Shown here in pieces: positions 18,048 through 27,627 of a DNA stretch of 64,000 bases. The notes beneath the pieces were generated by a model. The model had not been told where the DNA came from. It was given only the letters and a program-made list of their open reading frames with translations, and made no database searches. Each line of letters begins with the position of its first letter. Position 1 is the stretch's first letter. Location of the stretch: IMG/VR virus record IMGVR_UViG_3300028187_000002. One strand, given 5' to 3'. The DNA comes from an uncultured virus (IMG/VR IMGVR_UViG_3300028187_000002). Its lineage: Duplodnaviria; Heunggongvirae; Uroviricota; Caudoviricetes; Herelleviridae. The translations under genes and the position numbers were made by a program.

Positions 18048-18243
18048 ACAAGCTTTCTGGTCTGCATTTGCTGGGGTAATATGTTGCATACTTGCTAGTA
18101 CAGGAACATGGGCACTCTTGGATTCCCTCTATGATAAAGGTTATGAGAAAGGCGTTAAGGCAGGTATTGAGCAAGGCAAGGAACAGACTATGAAAGACAT
18201 CGAACTTAGCTACGATATGTGTGTTAAGAAGAAAGGAGAATAA
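18040..18243 (+). CDS. small membrane-anchored protein
   Basis: N-terminal TM; GYEKGVKAGIEQG repeat. Confidence 0.65.
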   Translation: MNKQAFWSAFAGVICCILASTGTWALLDSLYDKGYEKGVKAGIEQGKEQTMKDIELSYDMCVKKKGE

Positions 18244-18244
18244 C

Positions 18245-18544
18245 ATGAAGATTGGACAAGTAATATTTGCCCTAATGTTAACTATCTGCATAGGTATGAC
18301 ATACTTCACAGACAACATGGCAGTTATAACTTTAGTTATCATTATTAACTGTATCTTCGCTCTGTATGTGCTGAAGAATGAGGATTTAGCCTACCCTTCT
18401 ACATTCCTGGCAACAGTTGGTATACTGGTTGGGTTGCTGGGGATGTGTTTAGCGGCTATACTTGGGAACTACTACCTCATGATTCTTGCACTACCTTGGA
18501 GCGGTATGATGGTGGTTGGATTTATATTAGTACTAAAAAGATAG
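18245..18544 (+). CDS. multi-pass membrane protein
   Basis: AAGGAG SD; about four hydrophobic segments. Confidence 0.7.
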   Translation: MKIGQVIFALMLTICIGMTYFTDNMAVITLVIIINCIFALYVLKNEDLAYPSTFLATVGILVGLLGMCLAAILGNYYLMILALPWSGMMVVGFILVLKR

Positions 18545-18550
18545 GAGTGG

Positions 18551-18856
18551 ATGGTAATGAGAACAATGCCAATGGAATTGGTTACTGTCGATGGAGAGCT
18601 ACTGAACAAGCATAGTGATGGGGAGAGAAGGCACAGGTCTACAAGGGATAATAATAAGCACTATGATTGGACTAATCCTCTAGCCTTCGTACCAAGAGAA
18701 GGTGAGCTATTAACTTATAAGAAATTTAGTCGAGAAGGAACTGGAGAGGAAAAGACCTATCGGGTTGTTCGGGTGGTATATCATACTGAGGAAGATTGTA
18801 ACAACTCTTATAAGGGTTGGGTTGAGATTCGAGTTAGTGAGGTGACAGGAGCATGA
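18551..18856 (+). CDS. hypothetical protein
   Basis: ORF with SD. Confidence 0.65.
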   Translation: MVMRTMPMELVTVDGELLNKHSDGERRHRSTRDNNKHYDWTNPLAFVPREGELLTYKKFSREGTGEEKTYRVVRVVYHTEEDCNNSYKGWVEIRVSEVTGA

Positions 18857-19206
18857 AGCCCTTTCTAAGTGAGAAGTTTCATGTAGACCCAAATAATGCT
18901 TTCCAGATGATAGGCATTACCCTAAAGTTTTCATCTCACATGGAAGCACAATACTATCATGACACAAACCCAAAGCCACCTGTACAGGTGGACAGTTTAG
19001 AGGGGTTTATCAAGATACAGCAGCATAGTAAGAATATTGACGAATCTTACCGATTATTCGGTGAAGCTAGGCGTTACCGTTCTGCACTGACTACTCATGA
19101 TGTAGGTATCCGTGAATTGCCTATGGAGTTGCAGGAGAAATTAGTAAATACGTGGGCTGAAGTGGAGAAGTATCTACGTTCTAAGACAGAAAGGGTGGAA
19201 GGATAA
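18853..19206 (+). CDS. hypothetical protein
   Basis: ATGA overlap. Confidence 0.65.
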   Translation: MKPFLSEKFHVDPNNAFQMIGITLKFSSHMEAQYYHDTNPKPPVQVDSLEGFIKIQQHSKNIDESYRLFGEARRYRSALTTHDVGIRELPMELQEKLVNTWAEVEKYLRSKTERVEG

Positions 19207-19439
19207 TGTTAATAGCCAGGCTAACACTGTTATTTACCATTCTTGGTATGATGGGTGGAGCAATCTACCTATTCACTCAAGGAGGGTGGGGTTACTGCTT
19301 TGGGTCTATCTTGATGGTAGTGGCTGCATACTTCGCAGAGGACTTCTATAATGATGAGAGCAAGAAACCAGTCATGATGATTATAGACAATAAAGGAGAC
19401 TGGAAACCAGTAAAAGGAGATGAGACAAAATGGAAATAA
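19206..19439 (+). CDS. two-TM membrane protein
   Basis: TAATG coupling; two hydrophobic segments. Confidence 0.65.
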   Translation: MLIARLTLLFTILGMMGGAIYLFTQGGWGYCFGSILMVVAAYFAEDFYNDESKKPVMMIIDNKGDWKPVKGDETKWK

Positions 19440-19744
19440 GAATCCCAGTTGTAAAGAAAATAGAACGAGCTACCCCTCTACCAGAGAGGGTTGGAACTAT
19501 TATAGTTGATAATGAATCTGAACGAGTATACCTGTTAGCAGTAAATCCTGATGACCAAGATACCCCATATCTGATGAGTCTGGCTGGAGATAGTTATTAC
19601 TCTATAGCTAGGAACTATTCTGAACCTTGCGAAATGCTGACCTATGGAGATATTGAATGTACTCTAGGTAGTGACTTCACACTGTACACAACGGAAGAAT
19701 ATATGCTAGACTTAGTAGCAAAGAAAAGACAAAAGCGCTCTTAG
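19430..19744 (+). CDS. hypothetical protein, paralogue of 19830-20132
   Basis: DIECTLGSDFTLYTTEEYMLDLV vs DIEQALGSTFEVFTAEEYLLQLV. Confidence 0.7.
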   Translation: MEIRIPVVKKIERATPLPERVGTIIVDNESERVYLLAVNPDDQDTPYLMSLAGDSYYSIARNYSEPCEMLTYGDIECTLGSDFTLYTTEEYMLDLVAKKRQKRS

Positions 19745-19829
19745 GAGTGCTTTTTCTTTTGGTATGAGACTTTTTCCATATAAAGGAAATTAATAATTGC
19801 TGGACGATACTAATTGAGGAGTGGATGAT

Positions 19830-20132
19830 ATGCAAGTAGTTAAACCTGAAGTTGCGCCATCTGATGTAAGGATTGAGGCTGGTAGTATTATTGTTGAGAA
19901 TGGTGGGTTTGGTGCTACATATTTAGTTACTGAGCACATTCAATATAAGGACACTAACCAAGCAGGGCACACAATAGACGGAACTCTGTTACAGAACTTT
20001 AATGGTACTAGTGGTCATTTGATTAAGAACAACATCCCACCTATAGCTGTACATGACATTGAGCAGGCTTTAGGTAGCACTTTTGAAGTATTCACTGCTG
20101 AAGAGTATCTGTTACAGTTAGTTAAGAAATAG
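19830..20132 (+). CDS. hypothetical protein, paralogue of 19430-19744
   Basis: GAGGAG SD; shared C-terminus. Confidence 0.7.
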   Translation: MQVVKPEVAPSDVRIEAGSIIVENGGFGATYLVTEHIQYKDTNQAGHTIDGTLLQNFNGTSGHLIKNNIPPIAVHDIEQALGSTFEVFTAEEYLLQLVKK

Positions 20133-20217
20133 ACCCCTAGTGGGTCTTTTTCTATGATATGAGCTGTCCATTCAGGATATGAATTTTATACTTGATTACA
20201 AATAAGGAGGTATTCTC

Positions 20218-20415
20218 ATGCCAAAACCATATCCTGGTTCTAAGTATATTCCTGGTTTAGGAAAGCAAGTCAAAATCATGGGTAACGAGATTGATGTACC
20301 TAGTGTGAAAACCGCTTTAGGTTTAGGTGGCACACCTGCTAAAATCGTTCCTACTGACATTGACATGGCTAAGTTGTTAGTCGAGCTAGACAAGACTTAC
20401 CAACGAAAAGCGTAA
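20218..20415 (+). CDS. small protein in its own transcription unit, possibly late/virion-associated
   Basis: AAGGAGGT SD, flanking terminators, ATTTTATACTT motif upstream. Confidence 0.7.
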   Translation: MPKPYPGSKYIPGLGKQVKIMGNEIDVPSVKTALGLGGTPAKIVPTDIDMAKLLVELDKTYQRKA

Positions 20416-20425
20416 CCGCTTAAAA

Positions 20426-20459
20426 AAGACTACTCTTAAGAGTAGTCTTTTTTATTTTT
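20426..20459 (+). terminator. intrinsic terminator (possibly bidirectional)
   Basis: AAGACTACTCT/AGAGTAGTCTT stem with A and T runs. Confidence 0.7.
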
Positions 20460-20529
20460 AAGTATAAAAGAGAAAAGTTTTAAAAGGTTAATTATTTAAT
20501 TTTGAAAATTAAAAGGAGGTATTCTTAAT

Positions 20530-20685
20530 ATGAAAGATATTAAAGAAATTAAAAGACCTACCGTTAATGATATTAGAGAAGAAATGGGCTTAAAGCGTAT
20601 TGATTTAGGAGATGTACAACTGGTTGAATCATATGCAGACCACATCAGGAATTTAGACTCAAAGCTACCAGAGAGAAGAAATTAA
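20530..20685 (+). CDS. 51-aa peptide carrying a portal C-terminal-like motif, not in the ORF track
   Basis: AAAGGAGGT SD; TVNDIREEMGLKRIDLGDV. Confidence 0.65.
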   Translation: MKDIKEIKRPTVNDIREEMGLKRIDLGDVQLVESYADHIRNLDSKLPERRN

Positions 20686-20730
20686 TCTCTCTGGTTTTTT
20701 CATTTTGAAACCGCAAAGGAGGAATGTTTT

Positions 20731-21099
20731 ATGTATCCATTTGATAAACAAGATGAAAGAGTATGGGGTTGTATGAACATCAAGAACTACCACAACGGTG
20801 TGTGGGTAATAACTTCTGAGTATAAAGAATTAGATGAGTCGAAGGGTAACAGATTAACAGTAACCCTAGGAACTAAAGCGGAAGCAATTAACTATGTTGC
20901 TAGCTTATCTGTACCAGTTGAAAGCCCTGCAACTATAACAAGTATTGTTCATATTCAGAACAATGGTGCTATCTTCCGTTATGCACTTACTATTGACTCT
21001 GAAACGAACACATTTGGTTTACTGGAGACAACTCGACTATCTTGTGCGACAACTACAGTACGACCTACTGCACCAAGGAATCCGAATAAGAACGACTAG
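20731..21099 (+). CDS. hypothetical protein
   Basis: AAGGAGG SD. Confidence 0.7.
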   Translation: MYPFDKQDERVWGCMNIKNYHNGVWVITSEYKELDESKGNRLTVTLGTKAEAINYVASLSVPVESPATITSIVHIQNNGAIFRYALTIDSETNTFGLLETTRLSCATTTVRPTAPRNPNKND

Positions 21100-21273
21100 G
21101 AGAGAAAGAAATGATGGACAAGTTAATCATAGCACTAATTGGACTAGTAGCCTTTCTATCAGGAATACTAATGTCTTACTTTGATACAGGTGTGGCAAGA
21201 GCAATCGGCATAGTGATTGTAGCTTGCTGCCTGTTTCTTTTTTGTATAACCTTACTATATGGGTGGGAGAAGC

Positions 21274-21933
21274 GTGAAAGAAAATGAGATGTATAAGTAC
21301 GTAAAAGAGTTACTTGAAGGCATTGGCTACGATGTTTATGCCGAGGTGGAAGTTAATAGCTGGGGTGGAAGTGGCAGGGCTGATGTAATCGGTTACAACA
21401 AACCTGCTGTATCAATAGTGGAGATGAAGACATCTCTATCCATGGACTTGATTGAGCAAGCATATAAGTGGAAGAGTTTTGGTCATTATATCTATATTGC
21501 CATACCTAGACGTAAGAAAGCTATACCTACATTTGTGTGGAATCTGCTTGCTAACATGGGAATTGGCATCATAGAGGTTAGTGACCGTGGGTGGAGGAAA
21601 GCAGACATAGTACTGAAAGCTAAGTTCAACCGACCTTATAAGAATACTAAATGGGATGAGGTATTGAAACCTGAACACCAGACGTGGCTAGAGGGTGGCT
21701 CAAGTGGTGGGGGGTACGTGACCAACTACAAACTGACTATAGATAGGGTGAAGAGGTATCTAAAGTCGAAAGGTGGCTGGGTGTCCATGAACGAACTGCT
21801 AGACCATTGCGAAACGCACTACTCTAACCCTAAGAACTCCCTAGCAAAGGCTCTTAGGGAGTTTGAATCGAATTGGTGTGAGACTAAGGTAATCAACAGG
21901 AGAGTACATTTCAAGCACAAGGAGGGTAAATAA
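21274..21933 (+). CDS. PD-(D/E)xK nuclease-fold protein (MmcB-like)
   Basis: YAEV...RADVIG...IVEMK motif. Confidence 0.65.
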   Translation: MKENEMYKYVKELLEGIGYDVYAEVEVNSWGGSGRADVIGYNKPAVSIVEMKTSLSMDLIEQAYKWKSFGHYIYIAIPRRKKAIPTFVWNLLANMGIGIIEVSDRGWRKADIVLKAKFNRPYKNTKWDEVLKPEHQTWLEGGSSGGGYVTNYKLTIDRVKRYLKSKGGWVSMNELLDHCETHYSNPKNSLAKALREFESNWCETKVINRRVHFKHKEGK

Positions 21934-22142
21934 TGGCTGGACTTACTGTAACGCTTACACCTGCTGAGATTCAGGAGATACTGATAAAACACCTGAGAGA
22001 GGAATACCCTGGCATGTCTGTTAAGGGTATAGATTTTAATGTAGACAAGCAATTGGAAGGATACGGAATGCAAGAACACTATGTAACTAGATTCAATGGT
22101 GCTACTTGTAGTATGAGAAAGGGGAATGAGCAATGGCAATGA
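21933..22142 (+). CDS. hypothetical protein
   Basis: AAGGAGG SD, TAATG coupling. Confidence 0.65.
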   Translation: MAGLTVTLTPAEIQEILIKHLREEYPGMSVKGIDFNVDKQLEGYGMQEHYVTRFNGATCSMRKGNEQWQ

Positions 22143-22522
22143 CTCCTTATGTATGGAAAGAGGAAATGTCCCCCAAGGAAGCACAGGATGGTGCCTATTG
22201 GGAGAGAAATATGCTAGCTTTACACTTTGCAACCTATGCAAATGAAGCGTACAAGGAGTTTGCCAACTACTTAAAGATGGTAGGAAGTAAGGCTGAGACC
22301 AAGAGCACTCCAGTATGTGGTTGGTATGTACATGGAGAGTGGGAAGGATGGTCACGTGTCATTAGTCTATTTGATGGGCAAATGACATTCCACATACCAG
22401 ATGACTTCGACCTAGGAAATCTTCCACAGGTTGAGCCTAACTGGGATGGACATGGTACAATGGATAAGTGGCTCCGTTCTATGAAGAAATGCGGTTGTGA
22501 GTTACCTGACTTAGAGAAATAG
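22133..22522 (+). CDS. hypothetical phage protein (AYxERN ... FHIP ... WDGH)
   Basis: ORF followed by a terminator. Confidence 0.7.
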   Translation: MAMTPYVWKEEMSPKEAQDGAYWERNMLALHFATYANEAYKEFANYLKMVGSKAETKSTPVCGWYVHGEWEGWSRVISLFDGQMTFHIPDDFDLGNLPQVEPNWDGHGTMDKWLRSMKKCGCELPDLEK

Positions 22523-22592
22523 ACACCAAGGGGAAGAGTTTCGACTCTTCCTCTTTTATTTTTGTGAAGACGTTGAGAGGGAGGAATCAGTA

Positions 22593-22871
22593 GTGAGCAG
22601 ACTGAAATTGAGTAAATTTGGTGCAGGATTTTTAAGTGGGGTTATCATCACAGACACTGAGACTAACAAGAATGTAGAGCTTATGGCAATGCAATTAAAG
22701 GCTCTAATCAGAGACCCAGAGAGCGGTACTTTCCCACATGGTGGGTATGATCAAGAGGGTGACGTTATCACTGTATATCACGATGATGACAGAGAGAAAC
22801 ATGAAGTATCATTCACCCTAGAAGAGTTAAATGAAACTTTAGAGGGGGCTATTGCAAATGGCAAAAATTGA
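22593..22871 (+). CDS. hypothetical protein
   Basis: GGAGG SD. Confidence 0.65.
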   Translation: MSRLKLSKFGAGFLSGVIITDTETNKNVELMAMQLKALIRDPESGTFPHGGYDQEGDVITVYHDDDREKHEVSFTLEELNETLEGAIANGKN

Positions 22872-23202
22872 TGTTAGATTTATACGGGGTAATAACCATA
22901 CTGTTGAGGTTAGTACTAACTTTGGGGACTTTCCTGTTATAAAACTTCAACATGAGTATGATGAAATACGCAGAGCAGGATTCACTAAACCAAACAGAGA
23001 GCTTGGATACAAAATATCTGAGGTAGCTGATATACTGATATCAATGCTTAATCTATACAATGACTTTGGTAATTTAAATGCTGTCTCATTTAATAACTTG
23101 ATAGATGCATTTAGACCCTTCCTACACAGTCACATGACACATGAAGCTATACTTGAAAGATTATTGGAGATTAGAAGCCCGAAAGGATGGTTAGACGCAT
23201 GA
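22858..23202 (+). CDS. hypothetical protein
   Basis: GAGGGGG SD before ATG 22858. Confidence 0.65.
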   Translation: MAKIDVRFIRGNNHTVEVSTNFGDFPVIKLQHEYDEIRRAGFTKPNRELGYKISEVADILISMLNLYNDFGNLNAVSFNNLIDAFRPFLHSHMTHEAILERLLEIRSPKGWLDA

Positions 23203-23432
23203 TTGATGAAATTTATGTACTGCATGATGAAAATGGTAAACCTGTAACTGCCAGAGGAAGCAGGGCACAACTAAAAAGTTATAATACTGCACATGGGGCA
23301 AACATTGCTAGGACTAACATGGGTGGCAAAAGTAGCATGAAGATTGCAGTGTATAAGCCAGCAGGGTATGTAACAGATATCAATGGTAAAAAGGAGGATA
23401 ACATAAATGAAGAAGATTTTAACCGCAATTAG
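23199..23432 (+). CDS. hypothetical protein
   Basis: ATGA overlap. Confidence 0.6.
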   Translation: MIDEIYVLHDENGKPVTARGSRAQLKSYNTAHGANIARTNMGGKSSMKIAVYKPAGYVTDINGKKEDNINEEDFNRN

Positions 23433-23676
23433 TCTATCAGCACTCCTGCTTGCAGGGTGTACCAGTATGGATGAAAATGCAGAACAAATAGTAACTAAGG
23501 ATAACAAGAAAGCTTATCCTTCTGGATATGACATTGTTAGTGTTACTAAATTGGACGATAATGTGTCTGTGGTGGAAATAAAGCACAAGGATACAGGTGA
23601 ACGCTTTACTATAGTAGAATCAGGTGTCTATGGGGGAGTAGCTACTTCTATTACAAGAATGGGGGAAGTTAAATGA
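23407..23676 (+). CDS. small lipoprotein (DUF6440-like)
   Basis: lipobox LAGC; EIKHKDTGERF. Confidence 0.75.
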   Translation: MKKILTAISLSALLLAGCTSMDENAEQIVTKDNKKAYPSGYDIVSVTKLDDNVSVVEIKHKDTGERFTIVESGVYGGVATSITRMGEVK

Positions 23677-23927
23677 AGAAATTAGCTATTATTGGTGTAA
23701 TCGGGTTGTCTATGGTATCATTGGTAGCATGTGGAGGTTCTCAGGCTAAAGAGCCTACGGATTTTAAATATATTGGTAAGTATTATGATGACGAGCATGG
23801 AACTGCTACTGAGGTAGTAGAATTAGAGCACAAACCTACAGGTTGTAGATTTGCAGTAGTTGATGATGGTCTTACTCAAATTCTACAAGCAGATGGAAAA
23901 CCTTACTGTCCAAAGGGGGCTAAATAA
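23673..23927 (+). CDS. small lipoprotein (DUF6440-like)
   Basis: lipobox LVAC; EHKPTGCRF...LQADGKP. Confidence 0.75.
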   Translation: MKKLAIIGVIGLSMVSLVACGGSQAKEPTDFKYIGKYYDDEHGTATEVVELEHKPTGCRFAVVDDGLTQILQADGKPYCPKGAK

Positions 23928-24247
23928 TGATACAATTAGGTGACAAGTGTATATGGGTTCACCCAGAGTTACTTTGCATCATTGGGGATGGAGACAGTAC
24001 AACTGAACTAACATGCATAGAAGATTTAGGGTGGCAGGTTGAACACAAGATGCAGAGTAAGGAGATTGTCTTTAAGCATGATGAAACAGGCAGGTACTAT
24101 ATGTATGTTATGAACAGGGAAGGTAATGACTTCAGTGGTTGGGAATCAGTAGACTACCTCAATACTACTGACTCTGAAGGACGTATTAAGTGTGATGAAG
24201 TGATACAGGAACAAGTTATCTCTTACCAATGGAAGGAGGTGAAATAA
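23927..24247 (+). CDS. hypothetical protein
   Basis: TAATG coupling. Confidence 0.65.
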   Translation: MIQLGDKCIWVHPELLCIIGDGDSTTELTCIEDLGWQVEHKMQSKEIVFKHDETGRYYMYVMNREGNDFSGWESVDYLNTTDSEGRIKCDEVIQEQVISYQWKEVK

Positions 24248-24331
24248 ATGAACGCACATACTGAGAATGGTGTATACGAGATCACTAAGGCTATAGCTGA
24301 GGCTAAGGAAAAGAAGAATAAGTAGTATTAA

Positions 24332-24362
24332 AGGAGGGGATTATCCCCTCCTTTTTTATTTT
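24332..24362 (+). terminator. intrinsic terminator
   Basis: AGGAGGGGA/TCCCCTCCT stem plus T-run. Confidence 0.7.
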
Positions 24363-24443
24363 CACTTATCCTCCAATATTTTATAGTTAGACGTAGTAAT
24401 GAGACAAGTTCCTCATGAATAATAAAAGAAGGAGGTCTTTCAG

Positions 24444-27242
24444 GTGAGTAGAAGAAAATGCTACATTAGAATAGATGCTAAGCCTAAAGATTCCAAAAAA
24501 GATAAGGAAAAAGATAAGCTAGTACATGAGTTAGGTTTAGAAAACTTCAAGAATGACCTACGCCCAGAGGTATGGAAGAGCAACGAGCCAGAGCTAATTA
24601 TTAAATCTGATGCAGAGTACATAGAAGAGTACTTTGACTTAGAGAAAATAATCCACGAAGAAGAGGTAGCTAAGGCAGGACGTGTTCATCTCCCTAGGGG
24701 GGCTAGACGCCATGCGTACAAGGTGCATTCTGGTCATGGACTGATTTACATTCCAGTCAATCGTTTGAAGCAGGTGTATCAAACTCACCTAGCACTTAAT
24801 AGGAGAAAAATCGCTCAAAACAAAGTTTCGATGCGAATGGGTAAGCCACTTCAACCAATCGAAATCGGATATAATTATGATGTTCACGATGGTCACCATA
24901 GATGGGAAGCTTCCAAAGAGCTAGGATACACACACGTTCCCTGTAAGGTAGTGGGGGATGACCCAGATAAGTTAAGGGACGCAAAAGAGAAGTATCGTGC
25001 TGTATGGAAGTCTGTAGACCTAGTGATTGAGGGCAGACCAGAATACAACAAAGTAGCTCTAGTGCTTGATATCAACAAAGCTACCCTTAATAGAGGAAAG
25101 CTAGTTAAGAGACGTGTAATGGTTAGGGGTCAGGGTGGAAAGGTCTTCTACCGTATGCAATGGATTGACCCTAATGATGAGAAGGCAGAAGTACACCAAA
25201 AAGTACCTGACCAAGAGAATCACACGACATATAAGCACGATGATAAGTCAGTAAAGGAAATAGAGAGACGTCAGCATAACCGTTTCCCAGTAGTACAGCA
25301 TGAAGTAAAGCACTTCAAGAATAAAGAACACAACTACTCTACTGACAAGGAAGCCTACAATGAAGCCAAGGAGAAGTACCACAGAGGTGAGAAACTACAG
25401 CCTGTTAAGGTCAACCATAAAGGGGAGATACTTGAAGGACACCACCTTGTAGACCTAGCTAGAGACTTAGGACTGACTCATGCTCCTGCAATTGTACTAG
25501 GTAATCCTAAATTGAAGAAAGAGTATGAGGACGCACTGAAAGAGGACGTAATGACTGAAGTTACTGACGAACATGGTAATAAGAAGGAAGTATCCGCCTC
25601 TGGTAAGGGTGTATCAGCAGATGGTACTCAACGTGGTCAGCATATGGTTGTTGACGTTCCTGTGGAGTACGTAGATGATATGGAACACTTCAAGCGTTAT
25701 GTCAATAAGATGTACACTAAATCCTATATCATGGATTGTGCAGAAAAGGCTGGCATTAAGTGGAACGATAAGAAAGCAGATGGCACATTACTGACTGATG
25801 AAAAGATTCTATGGACTAGGGTTTTCAATGCTATCTCTGAGCATATATCTAAGGGTGAGAAGTTTGAAGTGCCTCATGATGATAAGGACTCTAGTGCAAA
25901 GATGAAACAGATTAAGAAAGATGATGACCACAAGTTCTTCCTTATGTTCTGTAACAAGTTTAGCTTTGACAGGGAGAAGATTAAGGACTGGTGTAGAGAC
26001 CATGACCTTACATGGAAAGAGAACCATAAAGACCCTGACATTGATTGGAAAAACTGTGCTATGGCTATCAAGAAAGAACTATCTAAAGGTAAGATGTTGA
26101 ACGGGGTACGTACAAGACGTAAACATCTTATGGAGGAAGCAAACACCATTGTAACAGATGCAGTTCGTGAGCAGGTTAAGGCACTTGGTAAGAAGTATGG
26201 TAAGACTGCCTTAGAGGAACAAGCACTGAAACAAGGTATTGAGATAGACCTCTTAGATAAGAAAGGTAACGTAGTAGAGCATCCAGCTATCAGATGGATG
26301 AGGGTAGCAACTGCTATTCAGAAACACCTTGCTAAGGGTAATAAGTTTAAGATGACTAATGATGACTTTGGTACAGAGGGAAGAATTCAGTCTGAAGAGT
26401 TTGATTATGGTGACAACGTTACTCTGACACCACATGAGCGTGTGGGTATTGATAGAGCCAAGCTTAACAGTAAGAAGTTTGAGCAACGTGCTAAGAAGTG
26501 GGCTACCAAGTCTCTAGCTCTTGACCACGGTATTGACCCTAACAATACAGCTATGGTGGATGAAGTATATGATGCCTTTGTAGAAGGTGCTCGTAATGCT
26601 AAGCTAATGATACACTTTGACCCTACAGAAATGTTAGACAGTGGTACATCAATGTTAGAGGAAATGATGTCCTCTGGTAAGCTAAAGAACGATTTCCAGC
26701 TAGACAGAGGGTATGACAAGGAGCATAGAGAGGTCATTGAACGTGATATCTACGGTGATGACTTTGATGGTGCAGAAGACCATGAGCGCCCAGTATATGG
26801 TGTGCTTGACATATTCAATCAAGGCTTGAGCCTAGGACAACATGGTGGAGCAGCCCTAGTACTAAAAGAAGATGTTAAGAAGCGTTCATCTGGTACACCA
26901 AATGACTCTAACTCAATACCCTATGGTAAAGAGGGTAAACTGGTACACTCTGCTGAAGACCCACACCACCTAGTAATACACCGTTGGTTTGGGCGTTGGA
27001 AAGAGCCTAAGAACGCTGATGGTAAGCGTAGACGTGCTATGAACTCTGTTATTGAGGGTAGTACATTCAATGACGATAAAGAGTACTTTGAAGCACAGGT
27101 ACTTGGGGGAGTGGATTTAGCTAAGGACGTAGACCATGTTCTAGTACCTGAACACTGGCAAAGTGACCCAGAATGGCAAGACCACCATGAGCTTATGAAA
27201 ATGTTTGCAGAGTCACAGGGTGTAGGATTAAGATACGAATGA
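24444..27242 (+). CDS. multidomain putative virion cargo: ParB/Srx-like, shared module, second ParB-like, three helix-loop-helix repeats, DUF3626-like C-terminus
   Basis: DGHHRW and EGHHL motifs; LVLDINKA..LNRGKL..RMQWIDP; ERPVYG...YFEAQVLGGVDLAKDV. Confidence 0.75.
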   Translation: MSRRKCYIRIDAKPKDSKKDKEKDKLVHELGLENFKNDLRPEVWKSNEPELIIKSDAEYIEEYFDLEKIIHEEEVAKAGRVHLPRGARRHAYKVHSGHGLIYIPVNRLKQVYQTHLALNRRKIAQNKVSMRMGKPLQPIEIGYNYDVHDGHHRWEASKELGYTHVPCKVVGDDPDKLRDAKEKYRAVWKSVDLVIEGRPEYNKVALVLDINKATLNRGKLVKRRVMVRGQGGKVFYRMQWIDPNDEKAEVHQKVPDQENHTTYKHDDKSVKEIERRQHNRFPVVQHEVKHFKNKEHNYSTDKEAYNEAKEKYHRGEKLQPVKVNHKGEILEGHHLVDLARDLGLTHAPAIVLGNPKLKKEYEDALKEDVMTEVTDEHGNKKEVSASGKGVSADGTQRGQHMVVDVPVEYVDDMEHFKRYVNKMYTKSYIMDCAEKAGIKWNDKKADGTLLTDEKILWTRVFNAISEHISKGEKFEVPHDDKDSSAKMKQIKKDDDHKFFLMFCNKFSFDREKIKDWCRDHDLTWKENHKDPDIDWKNCAMAIKKELSKGKMLNGVRTRRKHLMEEANTIVTDAVREQVKALGKKYGKTALEEQALKQGIEIDLLDKKGNVVEHPAIRWMRVATAIQKHLAKGNKFKMTNDDFGTEGRIQSEEFDYGDNVTLTPHERVGIDRAKLNSKKFEQRAKKWATKSLALDHGIDPNNTAMVDEVYDAFVEGARNAKLMIHFDPTEMLDSGTSMLEEMMSSGKLKNDFQLDRGYDKEHREVIERDIYGDDFDGAEDHERPVYGVLDIFNQGLSLGQHGGAALVLKEDVKKRSSGTPNDSNSIPYGKEGKLVHSAEDPHHLVIHRWFGRWKEPKNADGKRRRAMNSVIEGSTFNDDKEYFEAQVLGGVDLAKDVDHVLVPEHWQSDPEWQDHHELMKMFAESQGVGLRYE

Positions 27243-27252
27243 GGTGGACTAA

Positions 27253-27540
27253 ATGAAAATGGTAGTAGAAGGTATCAAACTAACCAAAGACCATAAAGAT
27301 GATAAGATTCTATATCATAAGAATGGTAAGTACTACGTTAGAAAGGCATCAGATGGCTTTACTAAGGGTGAGGCTATTCGACAGCATGTATCCTCTTACT
27401 TTACTAAGTGGGGTTTTAGGAAGGTAGAGGGAGTAGCGGAGTTTGATAACGCAGAAGATATACAAGCGAATATTGATAGATTCGAACCTGCTAAAGGTTA
27501 TATAGCCAAGTATGCAGGGTCGGTACTTCCGAGGGGTTGA
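27253..27540 (+). CDS. small protein co-transcribed with the DUF3626-like gene
   Basis: GAGGTG SD; terminator follows. Confidence 0.7.
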   Translation: MKMVVEGIKLTKDHKDDKILYHKNGKYYVRKASDGFTKGEAIRQHVSSYFTKWGFRKVEGVAEFDNAEDIQANIDRFEPAKGYIAKYAGSVLPRG

Positions 27541-27562
27541 TTTCCAAACCCCTCCTTTTTTT
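27531..27562 (+). terminator. intrinsic terminator
   Basis: GAGGGGTT/AACCCCTC stem plus T-run. Confidence 0.65.
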
Positions 27563-27627
27563 ATGGTTGAAAAGGGAGTTCCCCCAATTGGCACTCTCTA
27601 ATAATGTTGAGGAAGGAAGTGTATAGT

